Assembly: GCA_030295235.1 (NCBI GenBank)
Contig: AP026147.1
Location: forward strand, 62,001-126,000
DNA length: 64,000 bases
Source: Fistulifera solaris
Taxonomy: Eukaryota
Reading direction: 5' to 3'
The notes below the pieces were generated by a model. The model did no database searches. It was not told the origin of the DNA and was given only the letters and a program-made list of their open reading frames with translations. The position numbers were made by a program, and so were the translations under genes. How positions within the stretch are numbered: the first letter of the stretch is position 1; each line of letters opens with the position of its first letter. Shown here in pieces: positions 24,995-38,394 of this stretch.

Positions 24995-25769
24995 GATTTG
25001 AAGAAATAATGAACGTTTGTGTGAAGAGGATCACTTGATTGATTGTGGTGATTTAGAAGAATATTTATAAGACTTTTTGACAGGTCAGTTTTTCGCTTCA
25101 TTGATTTTGTTTGAACGGAACGAAAAAGTGTCGTGTCTGGGATGTTACACAAAAACGCAAGACTGCTCTCTGTCAATGTGTACCATAATTATTTCGTGCA
25201 ACTTGCGAACCCACGTGGTGGAGCATCACGAATCGTGAAATTCGAATTTGAAACGACAGTGAAGTGAAGTGTAGCCGAGGCTTGACAGGCGCGAAGCCAA
25301 TTCCGTCTTAGAAAGCGTATCACGCGTTTCTTGGAAAAAAAAGACGAAAAAGGAAGGATCCCGTGTCTCACTTTGGGATCGCTCCTTTCTTCTCGTTCTT
25401 TTGTTCGGTCCTGTGTCCGCTCGAATCGATAGCATTGTGAATAGAATGTTCGACGACGACTCGTGATCTAAAGAAAGCGACCCGGGATATAACGGTTTTG
25501 CTTCGTTGACCTTCTTCGAACATGCCCCTTTTCTATGATTTATTCCGACGATGCAGATGGCCGAAAAGTTTGCACTGACAAATGCACGTCTCTCAAGGTA
25601 TTCTCCGCTTACGGAGTTGTGTGTCTTATACTCCAAAGATATTTCAGCATGTTTGCTGCATCTGTTACTTAGACTCAACGGAAAACGCCATGACAATCCG
25701 TAGTCTCGTTTGATACCATAAACTTTAACCTTCATATAATTTTTACGCTTATCTATAATCAACACCAAA

Positions 25770-28700
25770 TTAGCTGGATCGAATGTGATCCAGCAAATTC
25801 CATGCTTCATCTCCGACCTGGCTCCAAAGAACGACGGAGTGGTCCAAGAATTCACTACAGCTTGCTAGAGTCGACCACATCTCAAGAAAAAGCAGCTTTC
25901 TTTCGGCGGTGTTCATGTCCGACTCAACCTCATGCTTTGCATAGTACTGTCCATAGAAGCCGAGCGCAGCCTGTTTCGTTTCATCGGATACCTTCAAATT
26001 CGATGACGTCTCTAATAATACACTTCTGACATTCGTGCTAAAAATAGCTGTTGTCGCCAGAGTCTCCGCGTACCAGTTTTGAAGACCAGCGTTGGCGTTG
26101 CCAGCAGCTGAAATCATGTTAGAAACAAGCCGTCTGAGAACAACTTTCTGTTCGGGAACACGACTGAGCATGTGTGCATACGATGTCAGCAAGATGCGCT
26201 GAGCTTTCTCGGAGATCCTCATGACGGCGTTTTTGATCAACGCATCCTTCGAAGCAAGATCCTTTACGTACAGACCATGCGACGCCATGAACGCTCCTCT
26301 GCCTGTACTTGTAATCGACATCTGCATTGCAAGAGGACTCATTGCAAGTACATGCTCTCTTAGATGGTGTACCAAAACAGATGACATTTGTTCGAGTTGC
26401 AACTTGGCGACTTCTTTAGCTGTGTTACAAACAGTGGAAAGTAACGTGAGCAAGTGTAGATGTTCGGGGAAGAGCGTCATCGGTGCGGGGTAGAGTCCGT
26501 GAGATGCAAGCACGGCTTCTCTTGCACTATCGGACCACTGATTTGATGAGTAAACCAACCGCAGCATTGGTCCAACGTTTATTGTTACTGGTGAAACAAC
26601 CAATGGCTTGAAACCAACTCCATGAGAGATCTGAAACGCCTCCTTTGCTACTTTAGACACTTTCAAGGGTGCACGAACTTCGTTGACCATCTGATGTAGT
26701 GTCGCTTGAATTTTAGTATGATCTGGCAGCAATTTCGTGAAATGGGCCCGAATAGGCGATCCAACCAATGGTTTCGACAGCACTCCGTGCGACGTCATAA
26801 AAGCATCCTTTGCGGTCTCGGGAAAATTCAAAGCTTTGGTCGTTGCCGACAGAAGTTGCTTCACTCTAATTTGCAGTGGCATGAAGGTAGTCTCTTGGTA
26901 GAACGCCCGAGGTCCATAGTATAGTCCAAATGGACCAAGGGCGGCCTGCTCAATATCTTTCACAGTTTGCATTCTCATTCTCATATCTGTCAACCAGTTT
27001 TTGATTCTCGTCTTAGAAGCCGTTGACACGAGCCTTCTTGTTTCCAACAGGAGACCATGGAGTTGAAGAAAAACGGGTGTAGATAGCTCAGATATTCTTC
27101 GTTGCATTCGATTCTGTACTGGCAGAGAACCGTCCGCACTCTTCAAGTTGGGCGAAATTGAGCTCGCAAAAATTTCGACAATGGTAGTATGTTCGGCCGT
27201 ACAGGATTCACTCAGCTCTTTAACTACGACTGGCGTAGCTTCGAAGATGACCGGTAAATCTGTGTCAAGAATGCTCGTGTCATCAAAGTCGAAAATGGGC
27301 GCGTCCTTGGCAGCGTCCCTCACGTTGAGACGTTCGACTGGCTCAGATATAAAAAAGACCTTGGAAGATCGAGCTGGCGACACCTGTCTCCGAATCGGTA
27401 CAGAAATTGTCGAACTCAAGGCGCGTTGGCCGCTCGGCAAGATGAGTAACACTTGATAGCTCACTTTCCCCTGGAGCGGAGTCGAGCACGCTTTTCTCTA
27501 TGAGGCTGCTATTATCGCATTCCAACTCGATAGATAAAGAATCAGTACTCTCCAATACAGATGATTTTGTTTGTCCCGCGCGCAACTCAGTGATTTCCCA
27601 AGGCCAGGACCGTTGAAGCAACAGAACTCCACCACACAACAGAATGAATGACGCCTTCCCCATTAAACTTCCGCTTCTTGACGCAGTGTTTTTTGATAAG
27701 ATGGCACGCGGTGGTGAGGCAGAAATTGAGCTATTTGTTAGATCAATGTGGACCTCCTCATCATCAGCGGCACTTGTGTCGTCGAATGTAAGCGTGTCAA
27801 GTTGTAGGATGCCGGGTATATCATCGTCAACTTCTTGAAGCTTTCGTACGTCATGAACGGAACAAGAGGACTCGTCAGATTCAGCATCCTTCACGCTTCC
27901 TTGATCATGCAAATCGGTTTTGACTTCGCCATCATGTTCTTCTTCACCATCCTCGGTGCGGCAACTAGCATCAGAGTCGTCTGATTCTTGATAGACGGGC
28001 TCCTTTTCAAAGGAATGTGCGGCGGAATCGCACTGTAAGATTTCGTCGTCGGATACCACAGCTGGATCTTCTTCAACGATACATTTGAATGGAGACGGAA
28101 GGTGAGAATGATCTTCGACTGCTTCTTCGCGTGTCTCGTTGGCTTCAGGTGTGTATAGCTTGGTTTCCGAGATGGTGCTTGCTTGAATCATTTCTACCGA
28201 CAGCGGCGCTTCCAAGCAGCTGATTTCGTTCACAAGGAAAACTGCTTGACCAATTGTTGCTACGTCATCTTCGTCATCGAGTACGGAAGCATTGCTTTCG
28301 AACTCGTCGAGAGCGTTCCCTCCGATGCGACTTCGTCACAATCCTGGTCAACTAAATATCTGCCAGGTTCATCGTCGGTTTCCGGATTACTTCCCTCAAG
28401 TAAATGCTCTTCGATGGGCTCACTCGTATTTCTGCTATCTCGCTCGCCGACAACTTCGTCTCTACCATCAATGTCATGTTCTTCTCCAGCTGTCTGTCGG
28501 AATGGCATGTCGATCTTCTCATCGATCTCTTGCACCGAATCTTCTCGATTCATTTCAGTAACAAGATTGACTTCCTCGTGCGGCAATACAGCATTTACGC
28601 CAACCTGCTGCGTAACGAACTCCAGTGCAGTCTCACAAGAAGGGACTTCTGCTTCCACCAGATGATCTTCTTCGATGGTTTCCGTTGCTTGACCCGGTGC

Positions 28701-29793
28701 GGTTTCAGCATGAGCACGCTCGACAGTGTTCGGCAGTTCATCACAAGCAACCTGGTTCTCCGTAGTTTCATCGACAACGAAGTTCATTTCTCCGACATCT
28801 ACTTGGTTGAATACTTCGGTTTCCTTGGGTTGGTTGTCTTCGATCTCTGCATCCAAATCTCGGCAAATTGGTTCGTCGCTAGCAAACACTGCTGCAATTG
28901 CATCCCAATCATCGACAGTCATTTCATCGAAGAGCTCGGCTTCATTGGTCTGAAAATCATTCCAATCCTCGACGTTAACTCCGTCGCAAGCTAGGCCTTC
29001 TTCCTCCGACAGCATACCTCGAGCCATCAATTTCTCAACAGATACTTCGTGGCGAACAGGTGACTCCGCAAAGGATATATCTTCCCTCGTCCACAACTTC
29101 CACTGCTTGAGCTTCTTCGACCGGGGGTGCTGTGTCGCCCGGCGATACTAAAACTTCTGTGATTGGATCCTCTTCGACCACAGTGAATGCAGCAGCTTGT
29201 TCGACCAAGCTCGCGTCTTCCCGCGGCTCTTGATTTGAACTTTCGACAACCCGCGCTGTGACCTGAAACGCCAACTCTTGCATACCGTAGGCCGACGGAG
29301 TATCTTGCGCAAAGCCGTCATCGCCCACTGTTGCATTCTCGTGTCCTTGTTCACAGGCTTCATCGCAATCAGAATACTCTTCTTCCGATGCGTCTTCGCA
29401 AACAACTTTGAATGGCGATTTCTTTTCTGTCTTGACAATTCTTTCGTCGCTCCTATTGTCAAACAAGTTGACGCACACGTCTCTTTTGGTTTCGTCATAA
29501 TGACAATTTTCGAAAGGATCCAGTATTTCGCCATCTTTCTTTCGTCGACCCGGCGATTTTGATTTCTTTCGGGGCGACTGCGGCTTCTTCCACCCCCACA
29601 AGGATGCCACGGATTGAAACAGAGTGACTCCGATATTTCTCTGAGTAGTAGTAGTGGTCGGACGATAATAATAGTAGTAATAAAAGGAAGCCACACTGGT
29701 GAAGGTCAAAGTGCTCATGCTCGAGACAATGGTGCGCAACAGAGACGAGGAGGGCGTCACAATCGCCTCTTGTCGTGGATTGGTTTCCGTCAT
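25770..29793 (-). CDS. Large hypothetical protein (about 1340 aa): acidic N-terminal half, a TM segment, and a C-terminal region with SHG repeats; three homopolymer indels
   Basis: ORFs 29035..29793, 28260..29096, 27343..28233 and 25770..27464 join with single-base fixes in G runs near 29085, 28319 and 27470. The corrected 4023 nt is divisible by 3. TM-like segment ASFILLCGGVLLL. Confidence 0.7.
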
Positions 29794-31200
29794 GTTCGGC
29801 GGAGAGGAAGCAGCAAGCGACTATTATTAATTTAACCAAAACACGAGGAGCTCTTTGATATTTGAAACGAATGAATGAATGGACGACTTGCGACAGTGAG
29901 AGAGATCTTGGGTTGCAAATTCGAACACACTGCCGAAAAGGCTTCCGTTATCCAAAAAAGAGCGCCGGCGTGCGTTGCAGCTAAATGTATTCATTTATTT
30001 AGGCCGTCAAGCGTCACACATCTAAGGTAATTACAACTGTCATGTCGTAATTTGAAAATTTCTCGACACTGACATTTAAGTAGGGAACGTGGTATGAATC
30101 TTTGGTCATTTCGCATCCTTGCGTCGATCCGACGAGACAAGTCCCTTATCCCTACAGTATCTGGGATGGATGCCGAGCATTATTGTTTGGAAAAAGATCT
30201 CCTTGGGATCCGCGACATATTTAACGAAACGAAAAACCTATTGTTGTCTTGTGTTATCATTCAAGGAATACTGTTAGTTCAATTCTCCCATTTGAAAAGA
30301 AGGTAAGAAGTGAATTACCTGGTAATACGAAACTCACTTGCAGCGCCAATCAAGTCTTTCGTCACAAAGAGGATGTTGATAAAACAAAATGGGTCGGTAG
30401 GCATGTCATTCAGCGAGTTTGATCGACTTAAGGCTGTAGACGAATGGGAGAGCTTTTATCCTTTGAAATAGTGAGCAGCCAGGTATGCACATCAACTAAT
30501 GTTTGTCGTAAACAGACGGCAACGTCTCATCATTGCATTGGGCGCAAGCGCGTAGTCGTTTTGTCCGTGCTTAATAGTGCAATGGAATACATTAGTGCAT
30601 CTTTTGTCTCTTTAGCTGTGTGAAGCTCGAAACAACGAACGGCTTTTGAGCTTTGAGGGTGGAGCGTTACGCTTTTTCGGCGGCATAAGTCAATTGAATG
30701 GGAAGCAGCGATAAATGCGAACAAGAATGTGATCAACTGGGGAATTATCTCTCAGTTCATTCGAAACTTCGTCCTTGTGTTCGAGAATTTGTTGCTACTT
30801 ATTGCATCCGTTGGGCAAGCCCCATAAATGTGACGGCATGTAGTTTTGTGACATGCGAATACTTTGTACCGAGAACGCCATTTTGCCTGGCGAATAATGC
30901 CAACTTAATAAAAATACCAGTCATTCCAATGTTTTCATGTAAAAGCAGGGGAAAAATGAAAGCTTTGCATCCATTTTCAATGGATGCAAGTTCCAAGATT
31001 TTTCCAATTTTTTTATAAAAAATAAATTTTTTGGGTCCGGCGACGAGCTGATAGTACAGTACCAATCATATCAATCGTGTTTAACAGAAAATATATTAGC
31101 AAGACAGATTAAGCATATATATGCCCGCTCCCGATTGCCCGATTAGCGATACGTCGCAATAAACAATAAATGCTCACCAGGTATAAATGACTTACAGGAT

Positions 31201-31361
31201 TACTAAATACTAAATACAAAATACATGACCTATTATCCTATTTCCTATTATCTAATACTACGTATTTACTCAGCACTCAGCACTCAGCATTACCCAGTAC
31301 CCAAAACCCAGAACCCAGAAGCACAGACAGAACACAGAACTGAGGACTGAGGACTGAGGAC
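31201..31361. repeat. Heptamer tandem-repeat mosaic
   Basis: TACTAAA x2, TACAAAA; TCCTATT x2; ACTCAGC x3; ACCCAGT, ACCCAAA, ACCCAGA x2; ACAGAAC x2; TGAGGAC x3. Confidence 0.9.
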
Positions 31362-31769
31362 TACTGTAGGGACTACGGACTTAAGAAGTAGTACTACCAG
31401 TACGTACAGTAGGAACTAGGTGAATGTGGCATTCGGCATCCGGCGTTGTGCTTTCTGCTTTCTGTCTTCCGCGAAGTGCTAATTGCCAAGTGCCAAGTGC
31501 GACGAAAAGAAACGGAAAACGGAAACCGAATAGAGCTGAACATTATGTATGGGCGACTCCCATCGCGTTTTCCGTTTTTGACTGTAACATGAGAAGTACC
31601 TGTTCCCGTAAGACCTTATGAGCGGGAGTTTTCGGCGGCCCTAGGTCACAGATTGTACATTCTGGGAGACAGTGCATCAGTAGCAACTGCCCATCGAGAA
31701 AATCAAACGCATGTGCTAAACAGCTTCCGCGTTGTGCGAGCATCACACAAAAAAAAGCGCCGATCGACC

Positions 31770-32219
31770 ATGAACGTCAAAGAAGTAACATCGGAAACAA
31801 TGGATACCGCCTCTACAACAACGGAGGACTCCACTGCCATTGTATCGCTATACAATAGCTGGACGACCTCGGATTGTGGAAGTCTTCCCGACGAAGAACC
31901 TCACGACATTCGTCCTCATGTTTCGAATCAAAATATCTTGGAACAACTCAAGAAACGTTGTCGAGAGGAAGACTTACCCGCTGAATTGAAGCTTCGCCCC
32001 CGAAAACGACCGAATTGTGTCTTTCTCAACTATTTGGGTCGATCGCGGGCGACTCCTCGTATTCGACCCTCGAAAATCGCCTCAGCGGATACTTCTCCAA
32101 CTGCAGGAGCGACAACCGATGATCTCGATCCTTGTTCTCTGCTAATCTGCGGCACGCAACTGCTTCCGATGGATAGTTTAGATTTCGAATGTTTGGAAGC
32201 CGTCTTTGACGATCTGTGA
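31770..32219 (+). CDS. Small disordered hypothetical protein (LKLRPRKRP motif, acidic-hydrophobic C-terminus)
   Basis: ATG at 31770 within ORF 31653..32219. Contains the LRPRK motif also seen in 2750..3244. Confidence 0.6.
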   Translation: MNVKEVTSETMDTASTTTEDSTAIVSLYNSWTTSDCGSLPDEEPHDIRPHVSNQNILEQLKKRCREEDLPAELKLRPRKRPNCVFLNYLGRSRATPRIRPSKIASADTSPTAGATTDDLDPCSLLICGTQLLPMDSLDFECLEAVFDDL

Positions 32220-32494
32220 ATAACGTAGAGATTGCTTCTTTTCTTTTTTGACAGCTAACACGCATCACGCAAGCTACAAAAGGCGTAAAAAACATAAATA
32301 TTATTTGTAGCAAGTATTATTATTTGAAAATACATGAGAGTCTACTAGCGACTCTGGCCATTTCGGCTGCAAATGTAAGTTGCCGTGTCATTGCTTCCCG
32401 TTGTTGGCATCGTTGCACGACTTTATATAATAGAATTAGAACAGATCGTAGCAAAGTAGCTCTCTGCTGAATTCGAAAAGAACACATTTTGTCA

Positions 32495-35178
32495 TTACTG
32501 CGCCTCGTCTTCCTCTTTCTTTACCAAAATGCTGTCACTGGTTTCGCCCAACTCGAACTGCGAATTATCGACTGCGTCTGGATCCTCCTTCAAGACACTC
32601 GGCGAATGAGAATCATCGGGTGTCCCATTTTGGGATCCCCATTGATCGACAAAATCATCCAATTGGGCTTTGACATCTGGCGACTCATCGGTCGTGTCAA
32701 AAGTTTCGTGTTTCTCCAAAGTGCTGTCGGTGAGAGCATTGTCCGAAGGAACGGACGACGACGACGAAATGTTCATCGGCTCTTTCACTCCATTCGGCAA
32801 ATTACCGGACGCATCCTCGTACATTTCGACATCATCATGAGTCACCGACCCTTGGCCATTTGCTGGAGGTTTCATGCCAAGGGACTTCTTGTTCGAAGGT
32901 TGCTGATTTGCAACTAATACACATCGCTGTTGCCTCTTCAGTCTATAGTCATTGAGCCCACGAAGCGCTTTCATGTTGTTGTTCAAATGTACAGATGAAC
33001 ATATGGCGCAATTTCTGGGAGATGCGCACGAAACGAGATGGTAGAGCAGATGTTTTGTTTTCCGACACCAGGGAAAGGGGCAAACGTCAAAAGTTGACGT
33101 TGTGCCCGGACAATCTCGAACATGTAGCATCATCCACTTTGCGCTTCGACACACATCGTAGTGATCGGAGGATTTGTGTCTGCAATAAACATGAACGGGT
33201 CATCTATTAGAAAGAACAAAAGTATAAGCGTGCTTGGAGCTCGTAGACGTGACTTACCGGCACGGACACGTCGAAGCATGTAGCATCAGATTTAGAAGAC
33301 GAGCAGATTCCGAGTCAGAAAATTTGGGACCGTCGTATTCAGCACCAAACTTCTCCGACTCGGCTTGCTCTGCAGGAGACATATTCTCCGAGTCGAGAAT
33401 TTCGGACTCATCGGAGTCCAAATCAAGACTCGCATCACTCAGCAGTCCATCGTCATCGGATAGGTCCGAGTCATCGACATCACTGTATTCCATATCATCT
33501 CCAGCAGTGGCAGGGATTGGTAAGTCTTGCGATTCGGGGGCCGCGCTTGGTTCTGCCGCTCCGCCGGCATCATCTGCGTGTGCCAACAAGGCGGGGTGAT
33601 ACTCAATTGCGTTTGCAGGGGCACCAATGTCGAGCCGAGGTATCTAGATGACGGAAGGGCGAGAAAATGAGATAATATCAGCAAAACCAGCGGCCTTTCT
33701 GAACCTTCATCGGTACTTACCTGAATCTTTTGACACTTGGGGCACTCTTCTTGAGTGAGTGCCCACCAAGGATTGTAGTCGCATGTCGAATTATACACTT
33801 CATTACACAACGCACACATGTATTCAACATTTCGCGGTCCACGTTTCTTGCTGCCACTGGACCCCTTTTTCCGTTTCGTAGTTCCCAAAGCGACATGCTG
33901 CTGCGAATCGTGCAAAATATGATTTCTTTTTCGTTTGTGGCGTCGTTTCCTTTGCAAACGTCTCCTCTCTGCTGACAGTAATGAGTCGATCGAGTCCCCG
34001 TCAACGTTAGGTCGATTAACAAGAGCTGAGGATGCATCAGTACGCAATAGATCATCATCATTTAGAGGAGCATCCATACTAGGCTCCGTGTCTTTGTTTG
34101 TTGCAGATGCGCCTCTTTGCTCTACTGAACTATTCGCTTCTTCTCGAGGACGCGTGCGACTCTTATCAGTAACATCTCTACCTTGCAATAGTAAACGATG
34201 CGCAGAACTAGCAGCACTCAACGAGCTTCGCATCTGACTCTTGTCGCTCCCAATAGCCATCCCTGCGTATAAAATTTTGCTTTCTGTTTTGGGTTTGTTG
34301 ACGGTAGTACTTCCGTTGGATCTCCCTTCCAAACCCAATGTCCTCCCGTGGAGTTTCTGCGTCAAACTAGACCCTCCACCGTCCAGTGCTTTTCCAAATT
34401 GCGACGCATCACCATCTTTCCGTTCCGAGACAACCCCTCGCACCGGCATGCCCGCAGGGTTGTGTTTCGCACCCTGTTGCGCCGCTAGTTGCTTGGCGAG
34501 CCTCACTTTGACCGGCAATAAATTTGCCAGAATATGTTCTTCGAGTTTCTGCACGCCTTCTTCTTCTTTCTTTTCCTTGGACGGCTTGGCCAGTCCGGTG
34601 GTCTCCTTGTAACTTTCCACGGTGGATTTGCCGGCCGCCTCGGATTGACACCCCGTATGAATTTGCTGTATCGTGTCCTCCAGATGGAGAATGAAGGAAT
34701 GTAGCTTCTCTCTTCGTTCTCGTGAGCCATCGGACTCACTTGCTTGTAGGTTTCTAGCACCCAGTAGTTGACGCTCGAGTTTTTGAAATTCACAGAGCAT
34801 GTACTCGAGTTCGGCTAGATATTTTTGATGCAAGTGCCGAAAGGTAGTAGCTTTCAATGGAGCAGATTCGGAGAGATTTGACGCCGAGTCTGCTGTCGTA
34901 GAAGTAGCTTCGTCGTGACTCACGACACCATGCGGATCGTTCTTGTTATAATTTGGTTCAGGAGAAATGTTAATGTTTTCTCGTTTAATTGCTAATTGCG
35001 GCTCGGATGTAGAGTCCTCCGCGTTTTCAATTTCCGGAGGAGCCGGTAAGTCCTCCGAGTCTTTGAAGGCAGATGGATCTGCTGTACTCGACAGAGAAGC
35101 TTGACTGAGAGGCTTTAAATGCTTCAAGGAAGCTTCCGAAGCAGACAAATGCAACAGTGATGCGTGTGATGCAGTCAT
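32495..35178 (-). CDS. TAZ-type zinc-finger protein with an additional CxxC...CxxC finger; introns 33644-33720 and 33180-33257
   Basis: Splicing two GT-AG introns joins YMCALC...NPWWAL...CPKCQKIQ to IPRLDIGAPANAIEYHPALLAH, and LMLHASTCPCR to HKSSDHYDVCRSAKWMMLHVRDC...CPFPWCRKTKHLLYHLVSC...CAIC. The His/Cys spacing is that of TAZ domains. Basic NLS-like tracts are present. Confidence 0.85.
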
Positions 35179-36631
35179 GGATGTTTCGGTCCCCTAACAG
35201 AATATAATTATACAGTAGATTGTGTCAGTAAGGTCGATCACTCAATTCCGATCCACTTGGATTGTGCAATCAACAAACGATAGGCGAAAAGATCTTGCAA
35301 AATGATTTTTAAAAGGAAACGGATCTCGAGAGCCAGCAGCAAAAGGGCGAAAGATCGAAAGACACTCCAAAAAAGAGGCCTGTGAACGAGAAAGCCGCAC
35401 TCTTTCCCAGCCACCGACGTCGTGTTTTACAGTTGACAAGTCGAACATCAACGTTTAGTACTGCATTGTACTCCAAAACGCAGAGAACACCATTCTTGCT
35501 TCCTTGGAAGATGAGAATGAACACGTACGCAAACTTCTCCATAGCAAAAGGGCGGCAGAATTCCACTGTACGAAAGTTCTACAGTCCGACGTCAGAAACG
35601 GCGAGGCGGTTGCAGTACTCTCTGTCGTGGACAGACGATGACAGACGATCGTGGTACCGATTGCACAGGGCGGAAATCCAAAGGGTGACGTCACAACAGC
35701 CCCTCGAGACGTCCGGTGACCTAGCTATAAAGATTTTGTGTACGAACACATAACTGAAACAACACTCATTCCATCAAAACGTCAAAAAATCAAAGTTGAA
35801 CTTACAAGCATTCCAGATTCCATGTGACGTGATCGAGCATCCGTCTCGGCCGATGTTCCATCAACAGGTTGTTGAGGGGAAGACCTCGAAGACGAGCAAC
35901 ACTCATTACGAGCTGCTTCCATATTCTTCATTGTTGCATTTGCAATTGAAGTATTATGAAGACGCGCATTGTATTATGATGATTAAAGTGGTTGGAATTC
36001 GCATGTAAGAAGAGATCAAAGATTGGCAGCATCGATGCGAAATCCGAAATCGGCAAAATCAGGAATCAGGGGTGAAGAACAATGACCAATTGGTGACCTT
36101 CATCGTACCGGTAGACTGACGGATTATACAATGAGTTCTTCCTTTTTCTTGAGTCACGAGCTGGGATCTGTTTCCCGTGTCTGTCCTACGTTGGGACAAA
36201 TTAATGTGTGACGTACGTGAAAACGTGAAAACGCCGATCTTTTTCCGTGGTTGTCCGTTGTCCGTTACTCTCTTCGGTCGACATACAAACGGTTGAGAGA
36301 CGTTCCGTTTCTACAGTTTCTGCAGAGACGGAGTACCGCTAAGAGACTAGATTCGCTAAAAAATTGTCAACCACTCATTTGGATTTTGACGAGAGAAATC
36401 CCGAACCCGTTGAAAATCAAGAAGTTCCTACTGTACGTCATACAGCCCGTTTGTTGAGATGTGTCAGCGGCCGCGCCGGGAGTCACTCAGCCCTTCGTTC
36501 TTCGCTGGCCATCAACAGCTCCAACAAGCGAAAGCAACAACAAAATCGTCATCTTCAAAAGCATCCATCAAACACAAGAAGAGAAAGTAATCGAGCTGCA
36601 AACTTTATTACAACTGTACATTTGAAATAAA

Positions 36632-38196
36632 ATGAGATTTGCAGCATCGGGTGTGAGTCGATCTCAAGCTACTGTTTGCTTGACTGGTAAGTTCAAAAAG
36701 ACTTCAGAAAGATTATCATGAATTGCGACGATGATTTGAAGATAAAAATTGTTTTGTTTGCGGTAACAAAAATCAACAAATGTGCTTTATAAAAGAACTC
36801 CCTTTGCTGTGTGAATTCACAGCAGTGAATGAGCCTGTGCGGTTTTTCGTTGCCCTTTCAAACTATTTCCTCACGTTCTTCCTCGTTTGCACTTTCAGTT
36901 TTCTTATTTCTTGCCGTGGATGGCTTTCAAGGACCGCTTCCAGCTCGACCTACAGCGAACAAGGTCGGATTGAGAGACACAGAGACAGCTTGGATGACGG
37001 ACGGAATTTACGATGTCTCTAAAGTTTCTACAATCGAATCAATATCGGCATCTGTTGTTCGAAGCCATTTACCTAATTTACCACTACAACAAAACCGTGC
37101 AAACACAGAAGATTCCGACGAAGAATTCTTCGCGCAGCAGAATATCGAAGCAAAGTTAACAACCGACGTCGAGACGCCCAAAATACGCGCACAAGTTCGT
37201 GAGACGGGTTACGATAGCATGCGCACATACATGAAAACTATGTGCAATCACGAATTGTTGAATCGAAATGAGGAGATTGTACTGGCACGAGAAATTCAAA
37301 TATTGATGAAATGGGAAGCTGTCCGAGAGCAGTTGGAAACCGACTTGTTGCGACCTCCCACGTATCAAGAATGGGCGAATCAGATTGAACCGGGCATGAC
37401 GGTGGCTGACTTGAAGAAGCAGATTCGTAGAAGCCTGCGGGCTAAAGCTGCACTTACAGAGTCAAATATTCGTTTGGTGGTCAGTATCGCCAAGAAATAC
37501 GGTCGACGTGGACTTTCCTTTCAAGATTTGGCTCAAGAAGGAATTCTCGGCCTGACACGAGCTTGTGAAAAATTTGATCCGGAGCGAGGCTTTCGTTTCT
37601 CTACTTATGCATCCTGGTGGATCAAACAAGGCATTATGAGGGCCATTGCCGATCACGGACGTATGATTCGATTGCCCGTTCACATCCATGACCAAATGAA
37701 CGCAGTGCGAAAACTCGAACGCGAAATGACTGTTGAGCTTGGACGTGCTCCAACTCCAAAGGAGGTCGCCGAGAAGTCGAACCTAACGTTGGAGAAAATT
37801 GAATTTTTGAATCGAGTCACTCAGGAATCTATTTCGATAAACGAAGAGGTGCGCAGCTCCAAGACCAAAGGTTCGTCCGCTGGTTTGGGAGGAACTGGAC
37901 TCAGTCTCGAAGATATCATGGGAGACCCCGAAAGCCAGCCAGTCGAACAAGCGACGTATCAAATGTTGAAAGACGACATCAGTCGTTTAATTTGCACACT
38001 GAACAGTCGTGAGCAAGCAGTCATTCGTATGCGATTCGGTCTTGATGATGGTAAATGCAAAACTTTGGACGAAATTGGCCGGAAGTTTTCCGTCACTCGC
38101 GAAAGAATACGGCAGATTGAAGCCCGTGCCTTACATAAGCTGCGACAGCCTTACCGCAATCATGCCGTTCAATGCTACGTCAAGGACTATTCATAG
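36632..38196 (+). CDS. Nuclear-encoded plastid RNA polymerase sigma-70 factor; intron 36687-36898
   Basis: Region 1.2 [19 protein letters not shown], region 2 [13 protein letters not shown]...[33 protein letters not shown], and region 4 [26 protein letters not shown]. The spliced N-terminus [29 protein letters not shown] resembles the diatom ASAFAP cleavage motif. Confidence 0.95.
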
Positions 38197-38394
38197 ACGG
38201 CGCGTGGAGGTGACAGAATCTGTATGCAATAGAAACCAATATCTAAGTAGTAAAGATCATTATTGTCAACTTGTAAAAGTAGATCTTCCTCGTAGTCGTA
38301 AGGTTTGTTCACTTCCCAGTGATACTTTTTAATCTCATGTTCCATGAGGGCTGCTGAGGCGGATGTCGGCGGACATTTTAGTGCTATACTGTGC

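Noticed and set aside
36632..38196. Sigma-70 gene as bacterial contamination or recent HGT
   Set aside because: It has a spliceosomal intron and a bipartite plastid presequence. Nuclear-encoded plastid sigma factors are normal in algae.
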